Source of the DNA: Laetmonice hystrix | Taxonomy: Eukaryota | Reading direction: 5' to 3' | DNA length: 60,000 nt | NCBI GenBank assembly: GCA_965235115.1 | Contig: OZ249436.1 | Coordinates: 43,774,001 to 43,834,000, forward strand | Shown here: positions 12,750 through 25,083 of the stretch, one piece after another | How the letters are laid out: every line of letters starts with the position of its first letter | Numbering within the stretch: position 1 is the first letter of the stretch | Notes under the pieces: generated by a model | Seen by the model: only the letters and a program-made list of their open reading frames with translations | Database searches by the model: none | Told to the model about the DNA's origin: nothing | Position numbers and translations under genes: made by a program

Positions 12750-13675
12750 GTGAGTATAAACTAGATTATTACATATATTTTTTTAAAATTACCTTTTTTA
12801 ATGTACATATTTATTTGCAGGTGTATGCTCCAGCAAAATATAGTCCCATTTGAATCAAGGTTTCTCACTAATTATTTTCGTGTAACAGATGACTCTGCGA
12901 TAATTAAATCGTTAGGTTTATAGCCTACAAAACGTAGACCGCTATCCCTATTCCAAGCTCTGTCCCTGCCCCTAAATCCTCAGCCAATTTGGTGGGAATT
13001 ACCATGGGGTAATGCCCCCTACATTGTACATAGTATAAGATTACCGAATCACGCCTCATGACCGCGAACTGTACCGGGTGGGTTGGTAGATAGAAAAAGT
13101 CGCACAAATCAAACGGTGGCAGCTCTTGTAGTTTCTACACGAGCCGCCAGATGGCACGCCGGTCGGCGGACCTCGGCTGGCTTGCCTTGGATAGCTCCCG
13201 TCACACCTGCGTGATTAAGGCCCAGTCGGATATCATTCCTTTGGTGTATATTTTGGTAGTGTTCCAAATAAACGTTTTGAGTTATTTTTCATACACATAT
13301 TTTTGTTATTAAGACAATAGCCATTATGATATAGACGCGTGCCCGGGGGCCAGACAGGAAGTGTAAACTGTGTCCTACTTTATTATTTGTGAGACATTGT
13401 CAGTGCCACCTGACACAGATACTAGTATAGACAGACCTGGGGGTGGGGAGTCACATCCTACAGGTGACACCAGAACTCCTGCATGCCCGTTACTACAGAT
13501 CGATATTATTATTTCTTTGTTAACGTAACAGTTTGTTACTAAATATCTGAAATGAACAGCTATCAAAGTCTCTTTAATCATGCACGAGGCCCGAGGCAGA
13601 CGGGATGACTCGTTTTTCCTGAACATAATTGTGGTAATGGTAAAATTAAAAAAGAAACATCTCATGGTGACAGAT

Positions 13676-14238
13676 CATTCGGGAATCCTCGGCCATATCG
13701 TCGAAAGTAGCCTCGGGTGGGTGAAATAGGCGCCATTTTGAGCATTGCATCGCGGGTACATTTAGCCGGGCCTGTCGCCAGCATGGCAGTGCTTGCAGTA
13801 TTTTGTCTGCATCAGGCATGGAAGCAACTAAAATAGGCCTCCAGCGCTTTCCTCAAAGTCAGTGTGCAATATTACGATAGAATCATGTTCATGATACCAG
13901 TAGTCCTACCATGTGTTGTGGTGCTGTCGTTCATGGGCGCGGCCATATTGCTTCCCATAATTTGATAAATTACCGTATCACGCCCATTTAGGTAAATTAG
14001 GTGATTCATCTTTCTTCTTCAAACGTTCCCCTTCATACCAGAAATTTATATTTACACATACAACGCCGAAGGAGCAGGTGTCAATAATGCACTACTTCCT
14101 GGCTCGAAGGGACATGACGGTTCACTCAGTGCCTCGCTACACAGGTCGATTTCGCCATGTATCTGGTTGCCAATGGCGCCCATTTCACCCGAGGGTATAT
14201 GCAGAAATGACGTCATATGCCCGAGGGAATCCCGAATG
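13676..14238. mobile_element. Non-autonomous DNA transposon, Mutator/MULE-like (copy 2)
   Basis: Colinear with 9249-9849, same CATTCGGG...CCCGAATG TIRs; 10-bp TSD GGTGACAGAT / GGTGATAGAT (1 mismatch). Confidence 0.85.
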
Positions 14239-14239
14239 G

Positions 14240-14957
14240 GTGATAGATGTGTGTGGATGACTTTCCACCGAGACTGAGCAGTGACGGATTTAAGGGGGGG
14301 GGGGTCCTACCCCCGGCCGTTGCCGCAACCCTAGATCTGCGCCTGCTGAGGGATCCTCTGATGATGACAGAGATGTGTGTGGAAGACTTTCCAGAGAGAC
14401 TGAGGGATCATCTGATGATGACAGATGTGTGGAAGACTTTCCACTGAGACTGAGGGATCATCTGATGATGACAGATGTGTGTGGTAGACTTTCCACTGAG
14501 ACTGAGGGATCATCTGATGATGACAGATGTATGGAGGACTTTCCACTGAGACCGATGGATCATCTGATGATGACAGATGTGTGTGGATGACTTTCCACTG
14601 AGACAGGGATCATCTGATGATGGCAGATGTGCGGCAGACTTTCCACTGAGACCGAGGGATCATCTGATGATGACAGATGTATGGAGGACTTTCCACTGAG
14701 ACTGAGGGATCATCTGAGGATGACAGATGTGTGTGCATGACTTTCCACTGAGACAGGGATCATCTGATGATGACAGATGTGTGTAGAGGACTTTTCACTG
14801 GGACTGAGGGATCATCTGATGACAGATGTATGGAGGACTTTCCACTGAGACTGAGGGATCATCTGATGATGACAGATGTGTATTTCCACTGAGACTGAAG
14901 GATCATCTGATGATGACAGATGTGTGGAAGACTATCCACTGAGACTGAGGGATCATC
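14240..14957. repeat. Diverged minisatellite, ~50-54-bp unit
   Basis: GATGACAGATGTGTGGAAGACTTTCCACTGAGACTGAGGGATCATCTGAT with many substitutions and indels. Confidence 0.9.
14279..14345. mobile_element. 67-bp hAT-like mini-element inside a minisatellite unit
   Basis: CAGTGACGGATTTA...TAGATCTGCGCCTG termini, internal poly-G, exact 5-bp TSD CTGAG; removing it restores the array unit. Confidence 0.75.
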
Positions 14958-15697
14958 CTTGACCAATAAGGTAAGATTAAATCGCGAATCACACGGAATT
15001 CATTCAATATTTCATGAACCTGGCGCCAACTTTACAGACTCAAACCGACCAAGCAGGATGGATGTGAGATTCAGGGATAATTTACTGGCAGCATGGTTTC
15101 ACTCTGTTAACCGATTGCCCCAAAGTTATCACACTCAACGTGGAGCTGGGCGTTGGCTTACACATAGCCGGAAATCTTCAAAGTGATCTCCACTGTGTAG
15201 GGACCTATACCCCGCGGTGTTGTTAACTGGGGAAGAAAAACATCTCGGAATCTCAGCCGTGTTGTTACATAGTCCAGATTGAACTCAGTTACAGAGCTAG
15301 CGGTGCCAGCTCACTGGCAGAATTCCGGGATCACAATATGACCTTGAAGCGTGGAGAAACGACCTTGAATCCGGGAAAAAGGGAAGTAGCTGGACCCGCT
15401 ATAGCGGTGCCAACATGACCTTTCGAGTAGTTGTTGTTTGAGCTGTCGGAGATTTGCCTTCCACTGACGGGGTTTAAAAGGGCTTGGTTTGTGATCATCC
15501 ATACAGTTGGCCGGGTTGGCCTGATCCCAGACACGTTGTCTGGGCGATAATACACCTTGTCTACATGTTGAAACCTCCCACGTCAATATGAAATAGTTTC
15601 ATGTCAGCCCGACATCATCATTCTATTAGTTAGGCATCCAGAAGTTTGAGCAAGTGTGAAAGGAATGTAAGTCCGCCGGACCAGGATTCCCTGGGTA

Positions 15698-15895
15698 CAG
15701 GGCCGATTTTCCTTGCGACGCCCATGCGATTTTGACATAACCCTTTTATTTTGCTGTTATTTTGAGATTAAAGGATGGAACCCATTTCCTTAAACAGGAA
15801 AGGCCAGCCAGGAAAAATTTAGCATGAAATTCCACCATTAAATCAAAACTCGCTTGGCCGTCGCAAGGGAAATGGGCTGAGTGGATAAGGCCCTG
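15698..15895. mobile_element. Small TIR element (MITE), TA-flanked
   Basis: TA|CAGGGCC...GGCCCTG|TA with sub-terminal inverted match ATTTTCCTTGCGACG / CGTCGCAAGGGAAAT. Confidence 0.6.
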
Positions 15896-16157
15896 TATGC
15901 AGGTCCTAGGTCGTCCACTTCGTGGTATAAGACAATATAATTAAGAAAATACAAATGGATTACGGTTAAGGTTAGGATTATGAAGATATATTTATTTATA
16001 TAATACAGCAGCACGGACCTCAAGACCAAGATCTGCAGGAGGGTGTTTGACCGTCCGACTGGCGACGGACAGTCCGTCGCTTAGTTGTCGGGCCTGTAAT
16101 CTTTGGTCAGTGGGGAAGACATTTTGTGTATTTTTAGTTTATTTCAGAGTTAATCTC

Positions 16158-17994
16158 CGTTGTGTCTGTAGTAAGTTATCTTGGTTAACCCCACCGTGGG
16201 GGAGCTGCCCGTTTACACGCGGGTGTACAGCCTGTTGTGTCTGTAGTAAGTTATCTTGAAGCTGCCCGTTTACACGCGGGTGTACAGCCTGTTGTGTCTG
16301 TAGTAAGTTATCTTGAAGCTGCCCGTTTACACGCGGGTGTACAGCCTGTTGTGTCTGTAGTAAGTTATCATGAAGCTGCCCGTTTACACGCGGGTGTACA
16401 GCCTGTTGTGTCTGTAGTAAGTTATCTTGAAGCTGCCCGTTTACACGCGGGTGTACAGCCTGTTGTGTCTGTAGTAAGTTATCATGAAGCTGCCCGTTTA
16501 CACGCGGGTGTACAGCCTGTTGTGTCTGGAGTAAGTTATCTTGAAGCTGCCCGTTTACACGCGGGTGTACAGCCTGTTGTGTCTGGAGTAAGTTATCTTG
16601 AAGCTGCCCGTTTACACGCGGGTGTACAGCCTGTTGTGTCTGTAGTAAGTTATCATGAAGCTGCCCGTTTACACGCGGGTGTACAGCCTGTTGTGTCTGT
16701 AGTAAGTTATCATGAAGCTGCCCGTTTACACGCGGGTGTACAGCCTGTTGTGTCTGTAGTAAGTTATCATGAAGCTGCCCGTTTACACGCGGGTGTACAG
16801 CCTGTTGTGTCTGTAGTAAGTTATCATGAAGCTGCCCGTTTACACGCGGGTGTACAGCCTGTTGTGTCTGTAGTAAGTTATCATAAAGCTGCCCGTTTAC
16901 ACGCGGGTGTACAGCCTGTTGTGTCTGTAGTAAGTTATCATGAAGCTGCCCGTTTACACGCGGGTGTACAGCCTGTTGTGTCTGTAGTAAGTTATCATGA
17001 AGCTGCCCGTTTACACGCGGGTGTACAGCCTGTTGTGTCTGTAGTAAGTTATCTTGAAGCTGCCCGTTTACACGCGGGTGTACAGCCTGTTGTGTCTGTA
17101 GTAAGTTATCATGAAGCTGCCCGTTTACACGCGGGTGTACAGCCTGTTGTGTCTGTAGTAAGTTATCATGAAGCTGCCCGTTTACACGCGGGTGTACAGC
17201 CTGTTGTGTCTGTAGTAAGTTATCATGAAGCTGCCCGTTTACACGCGGGTGTACAGCCTGTTGTGTCTGTAGTAAGTTATCATGAAGCTGCCCGTTTACA
17301 CGCGGGTGTACAGCCTGTTGTGTCTGTAGTAAGTTATCTTGAAGCTGCCCGTTTACACGCGGGTGTACAGCCTGTTGTGTCTGTAGTAAGTTATCATGAA
17401 GCTGCCCGTTTACACGCGGGTGTACAGCCTGTTGTGTCTGTAGTAAGTTATCTTGGAGCTGCCCGTTTACACGCGGGTGTACAGCCTGTTGTGTCTGTAG
17501 TAAGTTATCATGAAGCTGCCCGTTTACACGCGGGTGTACAGCCTGTTGTGTCTGTAGTAAGTTATCATGAAGCTGCCCGTTTACACGCGGGTGTACAGCC
17601 TGTTGTGTCTGGAGTAAGTTATCTTGGAGCTGCCCGTTTACACGCGGGTGTACAGCCTGTTGTGTCTGTAGTAAGTTATCATGAAGCTGCCCGTTTACAC
17701 GCGGGTGTACAGCCTGTTGTGTCTGTAGTAAGTTATCATGAAGCTGCCCGTTTACACGCGGGTGTACAGCCTGTTGTGTCTGGAGTAAGTTATCTTGGAG
17801 CTGCCCGTTTACACGCGGGTGTACAGCCTGTTGTGTCTGTAGTAAGTTATCATGAAGCTGCCCGTTTACACGCGGGTGTACAGCCTGTTGTGTCTGTAGT
17901 AAGTTATCATGAAGCTGCCCGTTTACACGCGGGTGTACAGCATGTTGTCACTGTGTCTGTAGTAAGTTATCTTGAAGCTGCCCGTTTACACGCG
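16158..17994. repeat. Minisatellite, 57-bp unit, ~32 copies
   Basis: TGTTGTGTCTGTAGTAAGTTATCATGAAGCTGCCCGTTTACACGCGGGTGTACAGCC; explains the 618-aa repetitive ORF. Confidence 0.97.
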
Positions 17995-18238
17995 AGAAAG
18001 AGGACGACAAGAAAACACTTGATATCTTATCAAGCTGAAACCTCATCTTGCAGGGCGGGGGGAAGAGAAAGAGGACGACAAGAGAACACTTGATATCTTA
18101 TCAAGCCGAAACCTCATCTTGCAGGGCGGGAGGAAGAGAAAGAAGACGACAAGAAAGCACCTGATATCTTATCAAGGTGAAACCTCATCTTGCAGGGCGG
18201 GAGGAAGAGAAAGAAGACGACAAGAAAGCACTTGATAT
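17994..18238. repeat. Tandem repeat, 71-bp unit, ~3.5 copies
   Basis: GAGAAAGAGGACGACAAGAAAACACTTGATATCTTATCAAGC...CAGGGCGGG at 17994, 18065, 18136; directly abuts the 57-bp array. Confidence 0.9.
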
Positions 18239-20560
18239 GAGTTATGTTTTGGAACTTTCCCAAACTATCTGTGGTTTCACAAGCTCTCTAAAGAGGAAAA
18301 CTGTCGTATTCACCCTGTGCCTTGAGGCCTTGCATTATTAGGCTTGGTGTGACTGTGATTGCTCACCTGGTACCTGCCACCCCAAGTACACTCAGTGTGC
18401 TGGGAGGGGTTCAATACCCGGGGGTATAGTACTGTAATCAGCCTATGTGTTTCACAACCTCACGATATTATGTCTAATACATTGATTGCTCCCCAGTATC
18501 GAATACATATCTCCCCGGAAAGCTGCCACTAACGCAAACCCTGTATGTAATACTGTATAATGATACGGTCACTCATTCAGCATGAGCCTACTGTTGGTAT
18601 TGTGTGGGGATAATGTCTATGCTCACCCTCACTCCTTACAAACGAGCAACCTAAATTTATAGATTGCCTCAAGTTCTTTTCTATGATTGAAAATTACAAC
18701 TTCAACGTTGTTTTGGAGTGCGTTTGACCTCGGGGCCAGAGGTCAGGGCCAGTGCCCCTTTGGCTTCCGGTTCAATCGTAATTGCCGGTCCTTGCGGGAA
18801 GAGGCGGGGAAAGTTGATGAAAATATGTCGCATATTTCACAGAGACCTGTTGTCAGAGGGTGGGGGCCTGTATTTCTATAATTACGTGCACCAAGGTAGG
18901 CTTATTGGGATACTCTGATATCGGAGTGGACTCTGTCAGTGTAAGAAGACACCGGTACCCTTGCTGTTTGTGAGAGGCGACGAGTGGGGCAGTTTAAGGC
19001 TGGCATCAGCCTGGTGAGGTGTTGGAGTTTTGGATTGCAGAATCATCTGTGTGTCCCAGTCTACCATTCCCCTCATTTGTCCTTCCCCAGTGTAAAATAG
19101 GTGAAATAGGACCAATGTCCCCATCACCCGACAAAACATATTAAAATATTGTAGGCCTACTCTTGATCTGACGTAGATAACACAGAGGATCTACTGCTGA
19201 CAGAGTGCCAAACAACCAATAATAGCGCTCAGCCTTTCTCTCCCACCTTTTCAAAAAGTCAACCCAAAAATATTCAACTGACGGCTCATGCGGCCATGCC
19301 GTAACATTGTAAATGCCTGGACTGAACCGTTTAATGTGGATACATTAAGTCGGACCTGGGTAGGTAGCACCCTGCCAAGATGAGTGGACCAATGTTAGCC
19401 GAGTCGTGGTATTAATGGGCGATAATAGATGAAAACATGCAAGGGTTGCATGCTTGCTGCCATCAACCATGTGTGTCATTTAATTAAAACAACTCGGGCT
19501 CCTGTACTCACCGCTTCATTATAAGCCTGACCTACTTTCTCCATCAGTACTCCCTGTCTGGGACCGGATCATGGGACGTAAGCCTGTGATTATGATGACG
19601 GAGGTAAGGTTAGCTGTAGATTTGGGATCTTCCCGGAGACACACTTCAAAGTTTGATGGCCAGACAAACACACAGTCATGCAACCTTTCAAGTCAACCAG
19701 TGCTCGGGAGATCATAGCAATCGACCCAGTTGCCATTACACACGCACTCGCCTGTGAAAAATTGTAATTTTGGCAGTCTAACTTAACAATCGTTTAACTA
19801 TTAGGCTACTTATAAAAAGTTTGAAAGAGTGAAAAAGAGTGTATTGAAATTTTACCGTGGAGTCTGCATAGGCCGTTTGTTAAAAGGGCCTGAAAGGTAC
19901 AGCATATTGACGTAGATTTGGTGCCAGTGAAGTGTGTGTGGGGGGGGGGGGTCGAAACATGACGTCATCAAGTAGAATCATCAATATTTTCCTTGTGAAA
20001 ACTGGGGAAATTAAAAAAAGAAGGGAAGCGTTGTCAAGATGTATTATGGTTTTAATAATCTGAGTGTAGCATTTATTAACTAAGTACAAATGTATATCTA
20101 TAGGCCATAATCAATCACTGTACCCATTCAGCTGGTCTCAACTGTCACTGACTTGTCGGGGGATGATTAGAGTGGTCACTCCCCCTCCCAACTTCTCCTT
20201 GTATGGGGGGGATGCACCCCCTCATTCCCATGATCTACACCCATGGTGGAATATTATGGTCAAACAGGTTGCAGAGTCCTTGTGTAGGTCCAGTTCCACA
20301 GTCCTTAATTTAAAGTTGGGTAGGTCCGCAGGTGATAAATGGACCTGACGGACGAATGTGAACCCCGGCCTGAGGTATGAAATCTTTGGTGGCTCAGTTA
20401 AACTCAAGCAACCGATAATTAACAATTCCAACATTAATGTATTGTCCGACATTTTCAACTACTCATATCTGGAGTTATTTTTTCTTAATCTGGCGAGTGT
20501 TCGCAGAATCACTCAGCAGCAGTCGAGGGGGTTTATCTAAGGGATCCATTAAGGTATTGG

Positions 20561-22863
20561 TGTACAAGATTTGGCCTGGTGGGTCGACCTTTGTGTAAAA
20601 GGTTTGGCCTGGTGGGTCGACCTTTGTGTACAAGGTGTGGCCTGCTGGGTCGACCTTTGTGTACAAGGTTTGGCCTGGTGGGTCGACCTTTGTGTAAAAG
20701 GTTTGGCCTGGTGGGTCGACCTTTGTGTAAAAGGTTTGGCCTGGTGGGTCGACCTTTGCGTACAAGGTGTGGCCTGCTGGGTCGACCTTTGTGTACAAGG
20801 TGTGGCCTGGTGGGTGGACCTTTGTGTACAAGGTGTGGCCTGGTGGGTGGACCTTTGTGTACAAGGTGTGGCCTGCTGGGTCGACCTTTGTGTACAAGGT
20901 GTGGCCTGGTGGGTGGACCTTTGTGTACAAGGTGTGGCCTGGTGGGTCGACCTTTGTGTACAAGGTGTGGCCTGGTGGGTCGACCTTTGTGTACAAGGTT
21001 TGGCCTGCTGGGTGGACCTTTGTGTACAAGGTGTGGCCTGCTGGGTCGACCTTTGTGTACAAGGTGTGGCCTGGTGGGTGGACCTTTGTGTACAAGGTGT
21101 GGCCTGGTGGGTCGACCTTTGTGTACAAGGTGTGGCCTGCTGGGTCGACCTTTGTGTACAAGGTGTGGCCTGGTGGGTCGACCTTTGTGTACAAGGTGTG
21201 GCCTGGTGGGTCGACCTTTGTGTACAAGGTGTGGCCTGCTGGGTCGACCTTTGTGTACAAGGTGTGGCCTGCTGGGTCGACCTTTGTGTACAAGGTGTGG
21301 CCTGGTGGGTGGACCTTTGTGTACAAGGTGTGGCCTGGTGGGTGGACCTTTGTGTACAAGGTGTGGCCTGGTGGGTCGACCTTTGTGTACAAGGTGTGGC
21401 CTGCTGGGTCGACCTTTGTGTACAAGGTGTGGCCTGGTCGGTCGACCTTTGTGTACAAGGTGTGGCCTGGTGGGTCGACCTTTGTGTACAAGGTGTGGCC
21501 TGCTGGGTCGACCTTTGTGTAAAAGGTTTGGCCTGGTGGGTCGACCTTTGCGTACAAGGTGTGGCCTGCTGGGTCGACCTTTGTGTACAAGGTGTGGCCT
21601 GCTGGGTCGACCTTTGTGTACAAGGTGTGGCCTGGTGGGTCGACCTTTGTGTACAAGGTGTGGCCTGCTGGGTCGACCTTTGTGTACAAGGTTTGGCCTG
21701 GTGGGTCGACCTTTGCGTACAAGGTGTGGCCTGCTGGGTGGACCTTTGTGTACAAGGTGTGGCCTGCTGGGTGGACCTTTGTGTACAGGGTTTGGACTGC
21801 TGGGTCGACCTTTGTGTACAAGGTTTGGCCTGGTGGGTCGACCTTTGTGTACAAGGTTTGGCCTGGTGGGTCGACCTTTGTGTACAAGGTGTGGCCTGGT
21901 GGGTCGACCTCTGTGTACAAGGTGTGGCCTGGTGGGTCGACCTTTGTGTACAAGGTGTGGCCTGGTGGGTCGACCTCTGTGTACAAGGTGTGGCCTGGTG
22001 GGTCGACCTTTGTGTACAAGGTGTGGCCTGCTGGGTCGACCTTTGTGTACAAGGTTTGGCCTGCTGGGTCGACCTTTGTGTACAAGGTGTGGCCTGCTGG
22101 GTCGACCTTTGTGTACAAGGTGTGGCCTGGTGGGTCGACCTTTGTGTACAAGGTGTTGGCCTGCTGGGTCGACCTCTGTGTACAAGGTGTGGCCTGGTGG
22201 GTCGACCTTTGTGTACAAGGTGTGGCCTGGTGGGTCGACCTCTGTGTACAAGGTGTGGCCTGGTGGGTCGACCTTTGTGTACAAGGTGTGGCCTGCTGGG
22301 TCGACCTTTGTGTACAAGGTTTGGCCTGCTGGGTTGTGTACAAGGTGTGGCCTGCTGGGTCAACCTTTGTGTACAAGGTGTGGCCTGGTGGATGGACCTT
22401 TGCGTACAAGGTGTGGCCTGGTGGGTCGACCTTTGTGTACAAGGTTTGGCCTGGTGGGTGGACCTTTGTGTACAAGGTTTGGCCTGGTGGGTCGACCTTT
22501 GTGTACAAGGTTTGGCCTGCTGGGTCGACCTTTGTGTACAAGGTGTGGCCTGGTGGATGGACCTTTGTGTACAAGGTGTGGCCTGGTGGATGGACCTTTG
22601 CGTACAAGGTGTGGCCTGGTGGGTCGACCTTTGTGTACAAGGTTTGGCCTGGTGGGTGGACCTTTGTGTACAAGGTTTGGCCTGGTGGGTCGACCTTTGT
22701 GTACAAGGTTTGGCCTGCTGGGTCGACCTTTGTGTACAAGGTGTGGCCTGGTGGATGGACCTTTGCGTACAAGGTGTGGCCTGGTGGGTCGACCTTTGTG
22801 TACAAGGTGTGGCCTGGTGGATGGACCTTTGCGTACAAGGTGTGGCCTGGTGGGTCGACCTTT
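20561..22863. repeat. Minisatellite, 33-bp unit, ~70 copies (copy 1)
   Basis: TGTACAAGGTGTGGCCTGGTGGGTCGACCTTTG; nearly stop-free in all six frames, giving spurious long ORFs. Confidence 0.97.
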
Positions 22864-24172
22864 GAACGTCATATTAACTATAGCTCCTGTCTCGGACAGT
22901 GAATATTATCAATAGTCCGCTATACCTGTGGATACGCCGAGTTCACTCAGTGCAAGTCTGTTCAAAAACTACCCTTGGAGTGGATAAAAGGCCTGCAGTA
23001 TAATCATGAGTAATTATCACCTCGGTAATGTTACATGAGTTGGTGTTTGTCTTCTGGCCCCGACTAGCACTTAAACTGTCGTAATTTCACGTGGCATTGA
23101 CAATGAATGGCAGGATGGAATGGTTTTGTTGTTAGGCTACTCTTGTCGATAATTGTGTCATGGTACTTTGATCTCATTGTTCTTAATGATACACTTACCT
23201 GGGATCAATAATATCCTACCAAGAAACAAAAAACATAACAAAACAAAACAAAACAAAAACAAAAAGAAGAAGACATAAGCACTTAATTTGAATATAATTT
23301 GAAATATGTCTAAAAACGAGAAGCATTTTATCCATTACGCCATCGAATTTAAGTCCTTAGAAAAAAGTCGTAGCAGCTGTTCAACATTACGGTAATTTTT
23401 ATCCATGAAGAGAACAAAATGTCCGGACAGTAACAAATGGCGTATGTCCACATCTGTTACATCCGGGCCCAGCTAGTATTCCTTAGCGTCTGTAACAGGC
23501 CGCTCCCAGCTCGGCCTATGAGCAGGCTCGATTACCTGGGACACTTTTTCTATACCACAGATCTGAGGGACTACCGCACATAACCGATGCCTTCAAAGTA
23601 CAGTAGATGGCCATCACCGGAAGCTATTGAGCCAAATAAATATATGTCGTGTTCCTCTAGAACTTGAAGTGAGATTCACACAACTTTCATATTTTAACGG
23701 GCAGTCGTGTTGAACTCTGTCATGACCTAGATAGGAATAGACCGCCATGATGGGGACAAACGAAGGTCTGTATTTTAGTTGTTTCTCAGAATAAAAGATC
23801 AACACTCATTCGCTTGGACCAGAAAGCCGGCGAATTGGAGGGAATGTAAAAAGGCATTGGCGAGTGCATCGAGTGTACTGGAGATTTTAAAAAGGATGCT
23901 CCCTTCTTGGGCTCGACTGAGCATGCGCGCGAGGACAACCAAAATGGCCTTGTGAAGTGTCAGCTCAATCGGAACTTCCGAGGCCATTTCCGGTTGAGAA
24001 ATAAGTTTTGCGTACGGAAAGCCCGAGATGGTGCGATGGTGTCAGCTCTCCTCATTCCGAAAGTTGAACTTGAAAGTTCGGATAAATATCTCTGATGGCC
24101 TAATACCACATAGAACGTGAACATCGACGCGCATTTAGATGGACCTGATTAGTTGTGATAGATAACATGACA

Positions 24173-24351
24173 CAGTGGCGTACCCAGAAACTGGACCCAG
24201 GGGGGGGGGGCTGGAAATAGCCAACGTCGTAGGCGCTGCAAATTGTGAGGGGGCTAGCTGTGGGCAACAAGCGCACCAAAAAAGAATTGGGCAAATTGAG
24301 GGGAGTGCTTCAGCACCCCAAGCACCTCCCCCCCCCCCAGGTACGCTACTG
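24173..24351. mobile_element. hAT-like MITE with 5-bp TSD (copy 1)
   Basis: TIRs CAGTGGCGTACC...GGTACGCTACTG, sub-terminal poly-G/poly-C, TSD TGACA on both sides. Confidence 0.75.
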
Positions 24352-24420
24352 TGACATAAATTACGACAGATTGTCCACATCAAGTGGTGAATAAAAACGT
24401 CCAACGGGGTAAGGTTTTAA

Positions 24421-25083
24421 CCCAATCTAATTAAAATTAGATCCTGGTATTCCGCGTCTCTCTCGGCTGTTTCAGAGCTGCCGCGCTCCATACCTGGATC
24501 TAAGGACATCCCATTAGGGGTCACCTCAGGTTGACCTCTGGATTCAGCCAATCAGCGAGTCGCCTACGAAATCTTCGGTGTGCGCTCGTAGGCATTTTCA
24601 ACGGCACACTTGAATCTGGGTCAAAGTTCAGCCTGAGGTGACCCCATACGGGATGCCGTTAGATCCTAGTATGGAGCGCATGCGAAATAACTAGAACTAA
24701 TTTTAATTAGGCCATTTAAAATTACTTTTTAGTTTTTCATCAGTAGATGTTGAAAAATTTGGCGGGGAGGGCATTTTATATTTTATATTTTATATTTTAA
24801 AATTTCACGACCTATCATGAAATAAGGTGATTTAAGTCCAATATTTTGTACAAAAAATCATCTGTATTCAATAAAACTAAATTACAATACAAAAATAGAC
24901 CACTTTAGTTTTATACATGATCGGGAGATGGCGCGCGCACTCCGTCAACGATCTCTGCGACGTTGGCGAAAAAACGGACTTTTAAAGAAATTTAAAATAT
25001 TAAAAAAAATCGGGGCGGGCCTAAAAATCGGGACGGGCGGTGATGAAAAACTAAAAATTAATTTTAAATGGCCTTAGATTGGG
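24421..25083. mobile_element. Fold-back MITE with CCC...GGG ends and 6-bp TSD, host of a nested insertion (copy 1)
   Basis: TTTTAA|CCCAATCTAATTAAAATTAG ... CTAATTTTAATTA[insert]GATTGGG|TTTTAA; internal ~50-bp inverted arms at ~24483-24536 / 24627-24679. Confidence 0.8.
24710..25073. mobile_element. PIF/Harbinger (Tourist-like) MITE nested in the right TIR of the fold-back element (copy 1)
   Basis: 33-bp TIRs GGCCATTTAAAATTACTTTTTAGTTTTTCATCA / TGATGAAAAACTAAAAATTAATTTTAAATGGCC; TTA TSD. Confidence 0.85.

Noticed and set aside
23611..24100. GGCCATCA...TGATGGCC inverted ends suggesting another Harbinger-like element
   Set aside because: Only 8 bp match and the left flank lacks the TAA/TTA duplication
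24171..24353. CACAGTG...CTACTGTG ends resembling RAG/Transib RSS heptamers
   Set aside because: With CAC termini the flanks give no exact TSD and no nonamer is visible; CAGTG termini give an exact 5-bp TSD (TGACA) that itself explains the extra CA/TG
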